From positions 98,332,001 to 98,396,000 of the forward strand of contig NC_043002.1 in assembly GCF_006345805.1 (NCBI RefSeq): a DNA stretch of 64,000 nucleotides. Reading direction: 5' to 3'. Positions 26,195-38,550 of this stretch are shown here, piece by piece. The notes below the pieces were generated by a model. It made no database searches. It was given only the letters and a program-made list of their open reading frames with translations, and was not told where the DNA came from. The first letter of the stretch is position 1. Every line of letters begins with the position of its first letter. The position numbers and the translations under genes are program-made. The DNA is from Octopus sinensis (taxonomy: Eukaryota).

Positions 26195-26780
26195 ACATCA
26201 TCATTATCATCATCATCATCATTTAATGTCCTTTGTCCATGTTGGCATGGGTTGGACGGTTTGACCAGGGCTGACATGCTGGAAGGCTACACCAGACTCC
26301 AGTCTGATTTGGTATGGTTTCTACAGCTGGATGCCCTTCCTAATGCCAACCACTCTAAGAGTATAATGGGTGCTTTTACATGCCATCAGCATGGGTGCTA
26401 TTTGTATGATGCCAGTATCTGCCACGACTATGATTTTACTTGTTTGAAGGCTTTTCTTCTCAAGCACGGCATAATGTCAAAGGTCTCAGTCATTCATCAT
26501 TGCCTCCATGAAGCCCAACACTCAAAAGGTGCTTTTCACATGCCACCAGAATTGACCACCCAACCTCTGTGAGGCCCAATGCTCAAATGGTGCTTCTTAC
26601 ATGCCACCAGCATGGGTGCCAATTATGTGACACCAGCATTGGCCACAACTATGATTTTACTTCACTTGATGGCTCTGCTCAAGCACAGCATATTGCCAAA
26701 GGTCTTTGTCATTAGTCTTTTCCTCCATGAGGCCCAAAGTTTGAAGATCATGCTTTACCACCTCGTCTCATGTTTCACCA
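26195..26780 (-). mobile_element. Older RTE LINE 3' fragment (ORF C-terminus and 3' UTR)
   Basis: (CAT)n tail and GCTGGATGCCCTTCCTAATGCCAACC motif; near 26770 the reverse strand reads ET*DEVVKHDLQTLGL, like the RTE C-terminus at 42.8 kb. Confidence 0.75.
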
Positions 26781-27713
26781 CCTCATATTTATATGATGTG
26801 TGCACATACACTTGTATGAAAGGCTACTGCCTAGATTTCTTCATTGTGTTTCACTCACAAAGTATTGATGAAAAGACTATTGATGAAAACACTTCCCCAA
26901 AGTGTTGCATAGTAGGATCAAACCTGAATCCATGTAGTTTCAAAATGTATTTCTTAACCATATGTCTATGCATAAGACTTCTCTCTTTAAGTGCCAGTTT
27001 CGAAAGCCATTCTATTACTGAGTTTACACAAATGATTGCTAAATATTAATGTTGGGAAGTAGATGGTCATAAGCTCCATCTTTACTTCAGTCATCATTAT
27101 GTTGAGTTATATGGCAATGCATACTTCCTTATTTTGCTAACGAGGGTGCCTCTACATAGATGTTTGGCCTTCTAGAAATAGCAGGTATATCTCTTTTATA
27201 TCACATCCTCTCATCTTCGAGAAAAAGTTGCACAATGGATAATGTAGTCCTGAATGCAGTCTGCCTAGAGAAAAAGGCATGATAGTCATAACTGGAATGT
27301 CTTTAATCATAGAGCTGCTCAATCAGAGTTGACCAAGGGCTAAATAATAACAAAAACGACCTTCTTTTACCTTAATGTCTGATAAGTTCCTCCACTCCCA
27401 CTTCACATCAGCAGATATGAAGTGCATCCAGCTATAAAAACAATTTCTCAACCAAGAAATTGCCTCTGGTTGTAGATGAGTAAGTAGGTGTGTGCAATTG
27501 AAACAACGCATTGGGAATGTTTTTGTTTTTTGTTATGTGATTGAGATTTATTGTTAAAGCAATAAGGCGTTTCATTCACCAGAACGCTTAACCTCGTCTA
27601 CTTGTCTGTCAGTCTCTCCCATGCTTGTCTCTGTTTATCTCTCCTACATTTCTCTCTGTCTATTATTCTATATTTGTCTGTTAGTCTGTCTAACCACCTC
27701 TTTTCTATATATA

Positions 27714-27932
27714 TTTCTTTACTGCCCACAGGGGGCTAAACATAGAGGGGACAAACAAGGACAAAGGAATCACAATGACCCCAGTTGCAAAACTGGTACT
27801 TTATTTATCGACCCTGAAAGGATGAAAGGCAAAGTCGACCTCGGCGGAATTTGAACTCAGAACATAACGACAGATGAAATACCGCTAAACATTTCGCCTG
27901 GCGCGCTAACGTTTCTGCCAGCTCGCCACCTT
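27714..27932 (-). mobile_element. SINE family A2, full length
   Basis: Complete head to tail; TSD of about TTTTCTATATAT on both sides. Confidence 0.9.
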
Positions 27933-28327
27933 TTTTCTATATATATTAGGCATAGGCATGGCTGTGTGGTAAGAAGCTTGCTTCCCAACCACATGGCTCT
28001 GAGATCAGTTTCACAGTACGGCACCTTGGGCAAGTATCTTCTGCTATAGACTCTTCTAAAAGATAAAAGATGTGCATCCAGTTAGTGTTCATGTATGTGG
28101 GTGTATCTAGCCATCATGTCTGTCTGTCTGTCAATCAATCAATCAATCTCCTATCTGTCTGTTTATGCATCTTTATTACTACTTACCAGCTGTTCCGTGT
28201 CTATGCTCATCAAACTGTTTTCTGTCACCAGCTGGTAGTTCTTCTCTCTATCTATCTATCGCTCTCCTTTCTTTATCTATGTCTGTCTTTGTTTCTGTCT
28301 CCTCTTTATTTTTCTAGTTATTGCTCT

Positions 28328-28582
28328 TCATCATCATCATCATCGTTTAACGTCCGTTCTCCATGCTAGCATGGGTTAGACGGTTCGACCGGGGATCTGG
28401 GAAGCCAGAAGGCTGCACCAGGCTCCGGTCTTATCTGGCAATGTTTCTACAGCTGGATGCCCTTCCTAACGCCAACCACTCCGTGAGTGTAGTGGGTGCT
28501 TTTTACGTGCCACCTGCACTGGTGCCAGGTGAGGCTGGCATCGGCCACGGTCGGATTGGTGCATTTTACGTGCCACCTCTCT
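28328..28582 (-). mobile_element. RTE LINE 3' end fragment
   Basis: (CAT)n tail, RTE 3' motif, one 60-bp minisatellite unit. Confidence 0.85.
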
Positions 28583-28743
28583 ATATATTTAGCTTTTCTC
28601 TCTTGCTCTATATTAACTCTTCTCTCTCTTTCTATTTCACTAGCTTTTAACCTTCTTAGGCTGTAGTCTTCATCTCTACTAGCAATGATTTTTGTCTGTC
28701 TGATTTTATCATTTATTTATAACTTTTCTTTTTCATTTTCCAG

Positions 28744-28805
28744 ATTACCACTTGGATTTTACAATGTTACTTTATTTATACCGGAACATTACATAAAATC
28801 AACAA
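28744..28805 (+). CDS. Candidate exon on the plus strand (LPLGFYNVTLFIPEHYIKST or ITTWILQCYFIYTGTLHKIN)
   Basis: Very strong acceptor aacttttctttttcattttccag|A and donor CAA|gtaagt; two frames open. No homology recognised. Confidence 0.33.
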
Positions 28806-29116
28806 GTAAGTATATTTTGATTTTGGCTAAATATATCTATGAATGATTGGCCCAGAATGCTTGTGACAAGGTTTCAATACTGGGCAATGGCTCTGCAGCT
28901 GAATATCACTGCCTTTGTACCACCACTCAGTCATCCTCCACCACAAAAATAAAACAAATTTACAAATGTGAGAAAGATAAACAGATGAATCTTTTTCTTC
29001 CTTTTTGAGATGTGAACTTTAAAATAATTGAGTTTGTGTGTATATATGTGTGTGTGTGAGTGTCGATGTTATTGTATTGATGTTTATCAACTATTTTTGC
29101 AGTAGAGTTGTGTTAT

Positions 29117-29151
<35 letters not shown>

Positions 29152-29751
29152 CATGCATGCATGCACACACCCATGTGTACTTTCTAACTTGGTATAAGTT
29201 TATAATAATTTACCATAAGGTTATATTGCACTTCATTTAAGTACTGAACTGATTGTATGTGCATGTGTGCAAGTGTATGCATACATACACACACATACAC
29301 ACAAAACAAATGGGTCTTTGTTTTCAATGCTGAGTATTTAGTTGTTTCAACTGGATCATTAAATTGAGCAACAAAGGTGGATCTTCAAATTTGTTGTACA
29401 ATCCATCTGCATCCGTATTCACTCACAAAGCATGAGCCAGCTTGAGGCTATGGTAAAAGACCCTCAAAATTCCACATGATAGGATCAAATATGAGACCTT
29501 GTGATTGTGAAGCAAACTTCTGTTTGGTCATGTTGCATCTACATATGCATGCATACATACATAAATGCATTCATACATGCATACATGCATACATACATAC
29601 ATAATATATACATACATAATGCATGCATGCATACATACATACATTCATTCATTCATTCATTCATCATTCATTCATTCATTCATTCATTCGAATGCATATT
29701 TATTGTGATAAGTACCAGTCTAGCACAGAGAACAATTTGATTATCACTCAC

Positions 29752-29885
29752 TCCAAATTTGTAGCTTTATTTTTTTTTCTGCTGATATTGTGGCATTCAT
29801 GTTCCTGCAGGACATTGAGGTCACATCACTCTCAACGGCTTGAGGGATCCTGCAAAGATCATGACCACAGTTTCTCCTCCTCTGA
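29752..29885 (-). CDS. Candidate exon (RRRNCGHDLCRIPQAVESDVTSMSCRNMNATISAEKKIKLQIW)
   Basis: T-rich acceptor region, donor GGA|gtgagt, open frame, phase 1 out. The start is 29885 (TAG) or 29881 (CAG). Confidence 0.33.
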
Positions 29886-30067
29886 CTAACATTTCGAAAA
29901 CAAAAATCAAACGAAAACAAAGATACTATGGAGTATTTTGTGGAATCATATTAAAGAAAAGTATACAAAAAATATAAAATAATATCTAATTCTCAACAAA
30001 ATAATTTTGAATCTCCACTGTGCAACAACAGTCAACAAGAAAATGTTATCTTCTACTGAAAACTTAC

Positions 30068-30134
30068 CTGTTGAATAAAGTCTGTTAACAGGTGTTTTGT
30101 CCAGAAAGCACCTTTAATTAGCCCAAATATTTCT
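30068..30134 (-). CDS. Candidate exon (EIFGLIKGAFWTKHLLTDFIQQ)
   Basis: Perfect donor CAG|gtaagt followed by a 182-bp T-rich intron; acceptor is weak (30134 or 30111). Confidence 0.3.
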
Positions 30135-30866
30135 CTATTATTATTGATGTCGTTGAGCCCCAAATCAGCATGGATCAAACAGAGCTATGATCAATGGCAT
30201 TCCAGCCATGATCATCTCATCATTTTTGTATGACATGGACCATGAAACAGTATGGTGTGGATTGAAGAATTATTGATTACTATTTTGAAGCAGATCAAGT
30301 GATTGATTCCTTCACTGACTTGTATGGCTGCTGTGTTTTCTTGCAATCAGAATTTATTTGGCAAATTGTTTAAGGACAAATATATACTTCTTACCATACA
30401 TATATGTTTGTGCATATGAGTGTATGTGTGTGATGTATATACTTGAAAGGTGTTAATGACAGGAGAAAGGGCATTTTGTTGTGAAACAAAGCTTCAATAA
30501 TATATTTGTTTGACTCAGGTTTCCATGCAAAGCTAGGAGTTAAAAAAAAAAAATTATATATACATATAATGTAGCTTAGTGAATAATACACTCTTTCCTG
30601 AAATACTGTGGCTATGTTATTAGAATATGAATAAACCTAATTATGCTTTGAGTTGAACATCAAGCTCTTTCTCACAAATTACTGTGACCACCAGGTCAGA
30701 CAGAATTTTCTCTCTCTCCCTTATATATATGAGCAAAACGGTGCTGAGTTGTCAAACATTTAAACTAACTTTTCTCAAAACAATTTGTCCGACCATCCCA
30801 TAGGCCTCCCGTTTGAGAAACACTGATTTAACCTAAATTTGAGACACCAGCAAAAGAAGAAATAAA

Positions 30867-31152
30867 GATAGACTTTAGCCGGCTTTTTTTGCGCAAACTG
30901 CACGTGCATTTTTCTCATGTACGCGTAGTATTGTTCGCAACAGCTGATGTACTTGCACGTACAAATGCATGTTCCCACGGCTTTATTGATCGCATTCTCA
31001 CCTGGAATCGATTTTTTTAATGTTTTCAAGACTTATACATGCCCTGATACCGTTAGTATCTACATATCAAATTTGAGCGCAATCAGATGGAGGATGCCCA
31101 AGATCCTAGAAGACACACACACAGACAGACAGAACGGATTTTATATAATAGA
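30867..31152 (-). mobile_element. Helitron-type non-autonomous element (second family)
   Basis: A^TCTATTATATAAAA 5' end followed by a (CTGT)n/(GT)n tract, typical of non-autonomous Helitrons. The 3' end is degenerate (GCCGGCTAAAGTCTAT). Confidence 0.6.
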
Positions 31153-31169
31153 TATGTATATATATATAT

Positions 31170-31386
31170 AACGGGAAGCTTTATGAAAATAAACAAAAGA
31201 CGAAGGCAGGTGGAATACAAACAAACAATTGTATTAGTATGGCACTCAGGAATATAAATAAAACAAGTCTTTTACGTTTCGAGCCTACGCTCTTCAACAG
31301 AAAGATACACAGAAAAGAAACACGGAGAGAAACAAGGAGAGAAAAAAATGCATGCAGAAGCTAGCGTGTCAACATGGCGAACTGAA
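31170..31386 (-). mobile_element. Penelope-like/retrozyme-like short repeat carrying a hammerhead motif
   Basis: Pyrimidine-rich leader, hammerhead-like core, about 100 bp of trailer, (TA)n flanks. Trailer CCTGAGTGCCATACTAATAC is homologous to those at 45.35 and 53.95 kb. Confidence 0.6.
31268..31305 (-). ncRNA. Minimal type I hammerhead ribozyme-like motif, CUGUUGA variant
   Basis: TCTTT-CTGTTGA-A-GAGC(GTAG)GCTC-GAAACGTA-AAAGA: 5-bp stem I, 4-bp stem II, palindromic ACGT stem III, GUA site. A6 is replaced by U. Confidence 0.5.
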
Positions 31387-31421
<35 letters not shown>

Positions 31422-32270
31422 GTATATATATATATGTGCGTGTGCATGCATACACATACACTCATGTATACTCACACACATACATGTATATGTGTACATG
31501 CATACACATATGCACAACACTTACAGCATTAGAACTTAATGACTACAAAGCTGTAGTCTAAGCAAGACAGGTGTAGGTGTTGTTTTTTAGTTTGGGTTCT
31601 TGGCTGGCTTGTTGGTTTGTTTATGAAAGCCAATTTATCTTATAAATAAACCAACCATGGTTGAAAGAAAGCAATGTTCTCTCAATAAATAGCTTCTTGT
31701 TACTTATTTCATTCTAATCTTGCTTTATCATTCTCTTTCTCACTATCTTTAGATACCTGACTCTTTCACCTCTCCCCCATATCTTCTTTTCCTGTCTATT
31801 GCTTGCTCCTCCTCCTGCTCTCTCTCTCTTTCCCATGGCTCTCTCTCTTTCTTTGTCTCCCTCCTCAAGCTCTCCTTTCTTTTTTTTTCTCTTTTGTCCT
31901 CCTAAACTTTCTCACCCTTCCTATCTCACCCCCTTTTTTTCCCCCCTCTCATTCTGCCTTTACACACAAAGGTATCATACATACTATTGAGTCTTAGGGA
32001 AATATTTCATAGGCATGCTCACCTGTGTGTGCATACATGCATATACTCACACGTGTACACAGTAACATAGTCCACACATCTGCACACAACACACACATGT
32101 ACACATACAAACATATGCACGTATATGTGCGCACACACACACACACACACACTAAAGTGTACATATGAGGGTCTTTGTGTATGAGTGATTATACATTTTT
32201 TTATTGTGTATGTATGTGTGTGTATGTATGTATGTAAATAATGTATATATGTATATATATATATATATAT

Positions 32271-32298
32271 ATAACATGTAGTTTGTGTATGTATATAT

Positions 32299-32343
<45 letters not shown>

Positions 32344-32407
32344 TATATATAAAATGTAGTTTGTGTATGTATATATATATATATAAAATGTAGTTTGTGT
32401 ATGTATA

Positions 32408-32438
<31 letters not shown>

Positions 32439-32446
32439 AGTTTGTG

Positions 32447-32486
<40 letters not shown>

Positions 32487-32580
32487 AGTTTGTGTATGTA
32501 TATATATATATATATATATATAAAATGTAGTTTGTGTATGTATATATAATATATATATAAAATGTAGTTTGTGTATGTAT

Positions 32581-32611
<31 letters not shown>

Positions 32612-32630
32612 AATGTAGTTTGTGTATGTA
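32271..32630. repeat. Composite minisatellite: 8 copies of AAAATGTAGTTTGTGTATGTA separated by variable (TA)n
   Basis: Units at about 32272, 32351, 32385, 32432, 32480, 32522, 32559 and 32608. Confidence 0.95.
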
Positions 32631-33024
32631 TACCTACATATAAGTGTATGCCTACTAATGGGTGTATTTCTGCTAAGGTATAAAGTGTTATAAATTATTC
32701 TGAAATCCCGAAGTCACACAGAGCAAGCTGCCACTGGCCTGTTGTCTTGCTAAATAACTTGCATGTTTAACATTTCTGATGTAACTTCTATACAGTGCCT
32801 GGTTAGAAAACAATTTAGGAAAGAAAGGAGAAAGAAAAAAATAGAAAAGCTTCTCCTATTCAAGTTTTAGATAAGCCACACAGTTATGTTGTGTTGTTGA
32901 ATGTTATGTTGATGAAATATTTGAAATTTATCTCTGGTTGTTTGATTTGGTTTAACAAAAACTAAGTTACTTATCTTTGGTGATGTATTCTTTCATAAGG
33001 TACATTACTCTATTATAGCCAGGT

Positions 33025-33415
33025 TAAGGCATGGTTGTGTGGTTAAGAAGTTTGCTTTATAACCATGTGATTTTAAGTTCAGTCCCACTGCATGGCACCT
33101 TGAGGAAGTTTCTTCTTTTATAGCTAGTAACTGACTTGTGTCTTGTGAATCAATTTAGTAGACAGAAAATGTGTAGAAGCCCATATACAAACTCTAGGCT
33201 GTCTGTGTATGTATACACCTCTCCAGCTTGGTGTTGGCTTTAGTCCTTGTAGCTTACTGGTTTAGTAAAAAAGATGACCTATAGAATATGTACCAGACCT
33301 TAGAAGAAAAGTACTTGAGCTGATTTGTTTGACTAAGCTCTTCAAGGCAATATTCATTGCATGGTTGGATCACAGTCCTGTGACCGAAACAAGTAAAAGA
33401 TTAAAAAAGTAAAAG
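33025..33415 (+). mobile_element. Diverged SINE family B
   Basis: Head, CORE-like segment and GAAACAAGTAAAAGA tail recognisable; CpG-decayed. Confidence 0.7.
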
Positions 33416-33523
33416 AATAAGGAATCTTGTACTTCAGTTTTCTCTCTAATCAAGGACAATATTCAATTAAAAACCCTCTGTGTTCTTTCAGCTGGTGAGT
33501 CTCACAATCTCTGGTGATCTTAC

Positions 33524-33658
33524 CTCTTGGACCCCCACAACATGTAGCATAGAATATTGCTAAACTTGTATCCCCAAATACTGGGGTTCCTCTTCAGAGT
33601 GAAAAAAAATTCTTCATGTTCAATCAGTTTCTGATCCTTTACAAAGTTTAAGTAAAAT
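33524..33658 (-). CDS. Candidate exon (FYLNFVKDQKLIEHEEFFFTLKRNPSIWGYKFSNILCYMLWGSK)
   Basis: Acceptor gcactcttttatag|A, donor GAG|gtaaga, 135 nt, only one open frame (phase 2/2), repeat-free. No homology recognised. Confidence 0.4.
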
Positions 33659-33709
33659 CTATAAAAGAGTGCTGCTCACATATCTATGGGATGTTGCTAC
33701 TGCTGCTGT

Positions 33710-33747
<38 letters not shown>

Positions 33748-33899
33748 GATGCCTAGATCATGTTTTTTTTTATTTTTTAGTTTTTGTTAGAGGAGGCAGT
33801 ATTCATAGCCTCAACAGGCCCTCTTTTTTTAAAGAAAAGGAATACAATGAAGGAATTGACTCTCAGTACCTTCTCCATGTTTATGGAGTATGTTCAAAA

Positions 33900-34560
33900 C
33901 TGTACTATGTTCAAAACTGAGTTGGAAAAAGGAGTTGTTGGCATATAGGAGTTTTTGCAGATGGCCAGTCTTGGACTCCTCTGTTATGACTTGCAGAACT
34001 ACAAGAAATAGGTGGGGAATGGGAACTGAGCTCTGATGAACACCTACAGCATACTGAATTCCTTATTGAACTTGTTGATAACTCTCCTCTTACTGACAAC
34101 ATTCCTTCCGTACATGACTTGCACAGCTTTCATAAGCTATTTTTCTGCATCCATATTCTTAGTAACCACTAAATTAGAGAGTATGGAATCCTGTCAAATG
34201 CCTTCTCTGTCAACAAATGCTAATTATTACCATCTCACTCTTAAGCTAAGAGCAGCTTCTGAAGTCGTCTCACTAAGAAGAGAGCGTCTGTAGTATCTTG
34301 TGCTGGCATTAACTCACACTATATCTCATCTAAACTAATTCTTTTCCTAATTAGCTGTTTTATAATTCTTTTGGCTACTTTCATAACTCTGTATATTAAC
34401 TTGATGCGCCTGTGCTTGCATCTTTGTAGAGCGTCTCCAAAGCCTTTGTTAGAATTGATAGTTATATTTGAACTGCCAACCTCTTTGTTGGTTTGTCCAG
34501 TGCCTTATTGACTGGACCATCTGCACCAATCGTTCCACAAAGGTGATAGAAGGTTGTACT
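33900..34560 (-). pseudogene. Decayed RTE-clade reverse transcriptase fragment
   Basis: Frameshifted translation gives INSNKGFGDALQRCKHRRIKL...VMKVAKR and VGVHQSSVPIPHLFLVVLQVITEESKTGHLQKLLYANN, matching RTE RT motifs (KGKGDALxCxNYRGIKLL; VGVHQGSVLSPLLF...LLYADD). Confidence 0.85.
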
Positions 34561-35644
34561 GAATTAACTGACTTTGTTAATTATGCGAGTATTCATATCA
34601 TTGTTTTTTTTTTTGTTTAATTGTGACGAAAAGCAAGATTTGTATTCAGAAAGGTGAGATACTGAACTAAATATTGTGAAGGATTCTATTCTGCCACTTT
34701 CTTGTGTATATATTTATGTGAGTATATGTAGACACATACACACACACACTACAAATTTAGGTTAGATAATACACATTACATTCATTCATATGATACTGGT
34801 TGATAAATTTACACACACACACACACACACAAATAAGTAAAAAACAGAAAAACCTGTGTAGACACATACCCTTACATTCACAGAGTTGTAGATAGATTTG
34901 TAGACACATTCATACATTCACCTGTACATTCATATATATACATTCATTAGTATAGTCGCACACGTACATCTGTACATTCATACAAGCATACATACATACA
35001 TAAAATGTAACCTTAGACATTCTAGCCATGAACCACACCCCCTAATGACGTTGCACTAATTTTCAACTCCACCCTCGTCACCATGTATACTACGCCACAG
35101 TAGTCCTTTCACCTTTCCTGTTGAAATTCATTGTAATGTGTTAAATAGTTTGTGTCTATTCATTTATTTATTTTCTTCTCTTGACTGCATGACTTCAAAC
35201 AAACATAGCCAGTCTTCTTTTGAAGCAATCTTTCTCGCTCGTTCGCTCTTTCACCCGATCTCATTCTCAGTCTCGCATATTCTCTCTAAATGTATTTATC
35301 ATTTTATATCTTTTTTTTCCTTCTACAATTGAGTAAAGGTGGGGTTTTGTAGCCTGAGTTAACTTATGAACAACAGTAGCACTGTTCTTCCTTTTTTTAC
35401 AAAGATGGTGATGATGATAATGACAATAATCATTTCTAGTAATAGGCACAAGGCCTGAAACTTGGGGGAGGGGGTAAGTCGATTATATCGATCCCCAGTA
35501 CTCAACTGGTACTTAATTTATCAACCCTGAAAGGATGAAAGGCAAAGTCGACCTTAGTGGAATTTGAACTCAGAATGTAGTGACGGGCAAAATACCACTG
35601 AGCATTTTGCCCAGTATGCTAATGATTCTGCCAGCTTGCCACCT

Positions 35645-35680
<36 letters not shown>

Positions 35681-35804
35681 TCAATATTATTTGCTTCAGC
35701 TTCCATTTAATTTAAATTGCATTTGTTGTCGTTAGAATAAATGCTAATTCATCTGAAATTGCGTGTTTGTTATTTGAATATTATACATACGTTGATATAT
35801 ATAT

Positions 35805-35847
<43 letters not shown>

Positions 35848-35851
<4 letters not shown>

Positions 35852-36205
35852 TCATCATCATCATTTAGCGTCCGCTTTCTATGCTAGCATGGGTTGGACG
35901 GTTCAACTGGGGTCTGTGAAGCTAGAAGGCTGCATCAGGCCCAGTCTGATCTGGCAGTGTTTCTACGGCTGGATGCCCTTCCTAACGCCAACCACTCCGT
36001 GAGTGTAGTGGGTGCTTTTTACGTGCCACCCGCACAGGTGCCAGACGGAGCTGGCAAACGGCCACGAACGGATGGTGCTTTTACGTGCCACCGGCACGGG
36101 GCCAGGTGAGGCTGGCAACGGACACGAACCGGATGGTGCTTTTACATGCCACCGGCATGGAGGCCAGTTGGGGCGTCGCTGGCAACGGCTACGATCGGAT
36201 GGTTC
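35848..36205 (-). mobile_element. RTE LINE 3' fragment with three minisatellite units
   Basis: (CAT)n tail, RTE 3' motif, three GGTGCTTTTAC(G/A)TGCCACC-led units. Confidence 0.85.
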
Positions 36206-36255
<50 letters not shown>

Positions 36256-36597
36256 AGAGTAAAGATTCCCGTTGGTCATGAATGACCATGGGATTGCACG
36301 TAGAAAGTTACCCTCTGTGGTATAAGTCTGAGCAAGACTGTTTATGGAAGACCAGCAGTTGTCCATGCATACCAGCCTCACCTCCCCATGCCACCAATGT
36401 TATCCAAGAAAAAGGGAAAGCCCAATACAGCTTGGCACCAATGATGTCGCAACTCATTTCTACAGCTAAGTGAACTGGAGTAACATGGAATAAAGTGTCT
36501 TGCTCAAGAATACAACACTCAACCTGGTCCAGGAATTGATCTCACTACCTCATGATTGTGAGCCTGACGCTCTAACCACTGAGTAATGTGTCTTCAC
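36256..36597 (-). mobile_element. SINE family D
   Basis: Reverse complement of 21383-21718, more diverged. Confidence 0.8.
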
Positions 36598-37059
36598 ACA
36601 CACACATGCGCGCATGCAAACACACACATACACACACACACATACCATTGTTGAATAACTCTGTTTTTTTTTTACTTTCTAAATTTTCTTTCTCTCTCTC
36701 TTGTATGTCTCTTTGTCTGTTTCACCCTTTCATGATTTTGCTCTTTCACTCTTCCTTCTGCACATTCACCTCTTCTCAAAGTTTGAGGCTTGCACTGAAT
36801 ATCTAAACAGCCAATATCGATCAATATATAAATGACATTAACAATTTGGTAATCATATTTCTAACGAAATACACTATGTTTAAAGTAATCAATACACAGA
36901 AAGTATTTAGTAAAATAATTAACTTCCTTTATTATAATTAAGTTTGTAAAAGTAATAGGTTTGCAGAATTGTTAGAGTTTCTTTCAAAATTCCTTGCGGT
37001 ATATTCTTTTGGCTCGATACATTCTGTAATACAGTTCTATATTTAAGAGATGAGAAATT

Positions 37060-37203
37060 ATGTACATTATTTACATTTGACGGATATTTGTCCTCATCTT
37101 GTTTGTTGTTAACACAATGTCTCGGCTGATATACCCTCCAGCCTTCATCAGGCATCTTGGGGAAATTTCGAACCTGGGTTCTCATTCCTAAGGTATTTTT
37201 CGA

Positions 37204-37238
<35 letters not shown>

Positions 37239-37570
37239 TCACTGCCTGGAATCAAACTCAGAATCTTGGGGTTAGTAGCCTGCGCTCTTAACCCCTATGC
37301 CATATATATAAGCCCATGGACATATGGCATAGTGGTTAAGAGCACAGGCTACTAACCCCGAGATTCCGAGTTCGATTCCAGGCAGTGACCTGAATAATAA
37401 TAGTTATAATAATATTAATAATAACAACATTGAAAAATACCTTAGGAATGAGAACCCAGGTTCGAAATTTCCCCAATACACCTGATAAAGGTTGGAGGGT
37501 ATATCAGCTGAAATGTTGTTTTAACAATAAACAAGATGAGGACAAATATCTGTCAAATGTAAATAATGAA
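37060..37570. mobile_element. Inverted (head-to-head) dimer of a tRNA-headed element with a decayed hammerhead motif in each arm
   Basis: Arms about 37060-37305 and about 37320-37570 are reverse complements. Head GGCATAGTGGTTAAGAGC...GAGTTCGATTCC; (AAT)n; tail CCTGATGAAGGCTGGAGGGTATATCAGCCGA. Confidence 0.85.
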
Positions 37571-37856
37571 TACATTCTGTGTTTAAATCTGTGCTGATGT
37601 CAACTTTACCTTTCATCCCTCCAGGGTTTATAAAATGGAGTAACAGTCAAGTACTGGGATTGATGATATGGACTAACCCTTTTCTCCCCCTCTCCTCAAA
37701 ATTACTGGCCTTGTGCCTAAATCATAAACCATTATTATTAAGCTGGTGTATGGAACATTTCTTGAAAAGTCTTTACATAAAATAACAGTATGATGGGTCT
37801 TAACAAAATAAAGAAATATTTTGTATCAATCAACTAGAAGCAATCTGTTATGGATG

Positions 37857-38239
37857 GAAGCACTCCGTCGGTTACGACGATGAGGGTTCCGGTTGATCCG
37901 AATCAACGGAACAGCCTGCTCGTGAAATTAACGTGTAAGTGGCTGAGCACTCCACAGACACGTGTACCCTTAACGTAGTTCTCGGGGATATTCAGTGTGA
38001 CACAGAGAGTGACAAGGTCGGCCCTTTGAAATACAGGTACAACAGAAACAGGAAGTAAGAGTGAGAGAAAGTTGTGGTGAAAGAGTACAGCAGGGATCAC
38101 CACCATCCCCTGCCGGAGCCTCGTGGGGCTTTTAGGTGTTTTTGCTCAATAAACACTCACAACGCCCAGTCTGGGAATCGAAACCGCGATCCTATGACCG
38201 CAAGTCCGCTGCCCTAACCACTGGACCATTGCGTCTCCA
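37857..38239 (-). mobile_element. SINE family C, full length
   Basis: Complete; TSD CAATCTGTTAT(G/A)GAT on both sides. Confidence 0.9.
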
Positions 38240-38294
38240 CAATCTGTTATAGATAGATATGAAATGAGCTAGACATTAATCTCTTCATGTAATT

Positions 38295-38550
38295 CATCAT
38301 CATCATTATCATTTAACGGCCTCCTTCCATGCTGGCATGGGTTGGATGGTTTCACAGGAGCTGGAAGGGCAGAAGACTGCACCAGACTTCTGTGTTTGTT
38401 TTGGCATGGTTTCTATGGCTGGATGCCCTTCCTAACACCAACAACCCTGCAGAGTGAACTGAGTGCTTTTTACGTGGCACAGCACAGGCAAGGTCATTTT
38501 TGGTATGGTTTCTACAGCTGGACGCCCTTCCAAATGCCAATCATTTTACA
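38295..38550 (-). mobile_element. Old RTE LINE 3' fragment
   Basis: (CAT)n tail and the GCTGGA(T/C)GCCCTTCC motif twice. Confidence 0.7.

Noticed and set aside
32271-32630. CRISPR-like repeat-spacer array
   Set aside because: Spacers are pure (TA)n, the context is eukaryotic, and there are no cas genes.
32692-32765. Kinase-like LALCDFGIS on the minus strand
   Set aside because: The frame is only about 23 codons, a stop follows two codons after the motif, there is no donor, and no HRD or other kinase motif is nearby; probably chance.
37320-37390. Possible tRNA genes here and at other A/B-box sites
   Set aside because: All are SINE heads that continue into repeat bodies; I could not fold a complete cloverleaf with an acceptor stem.
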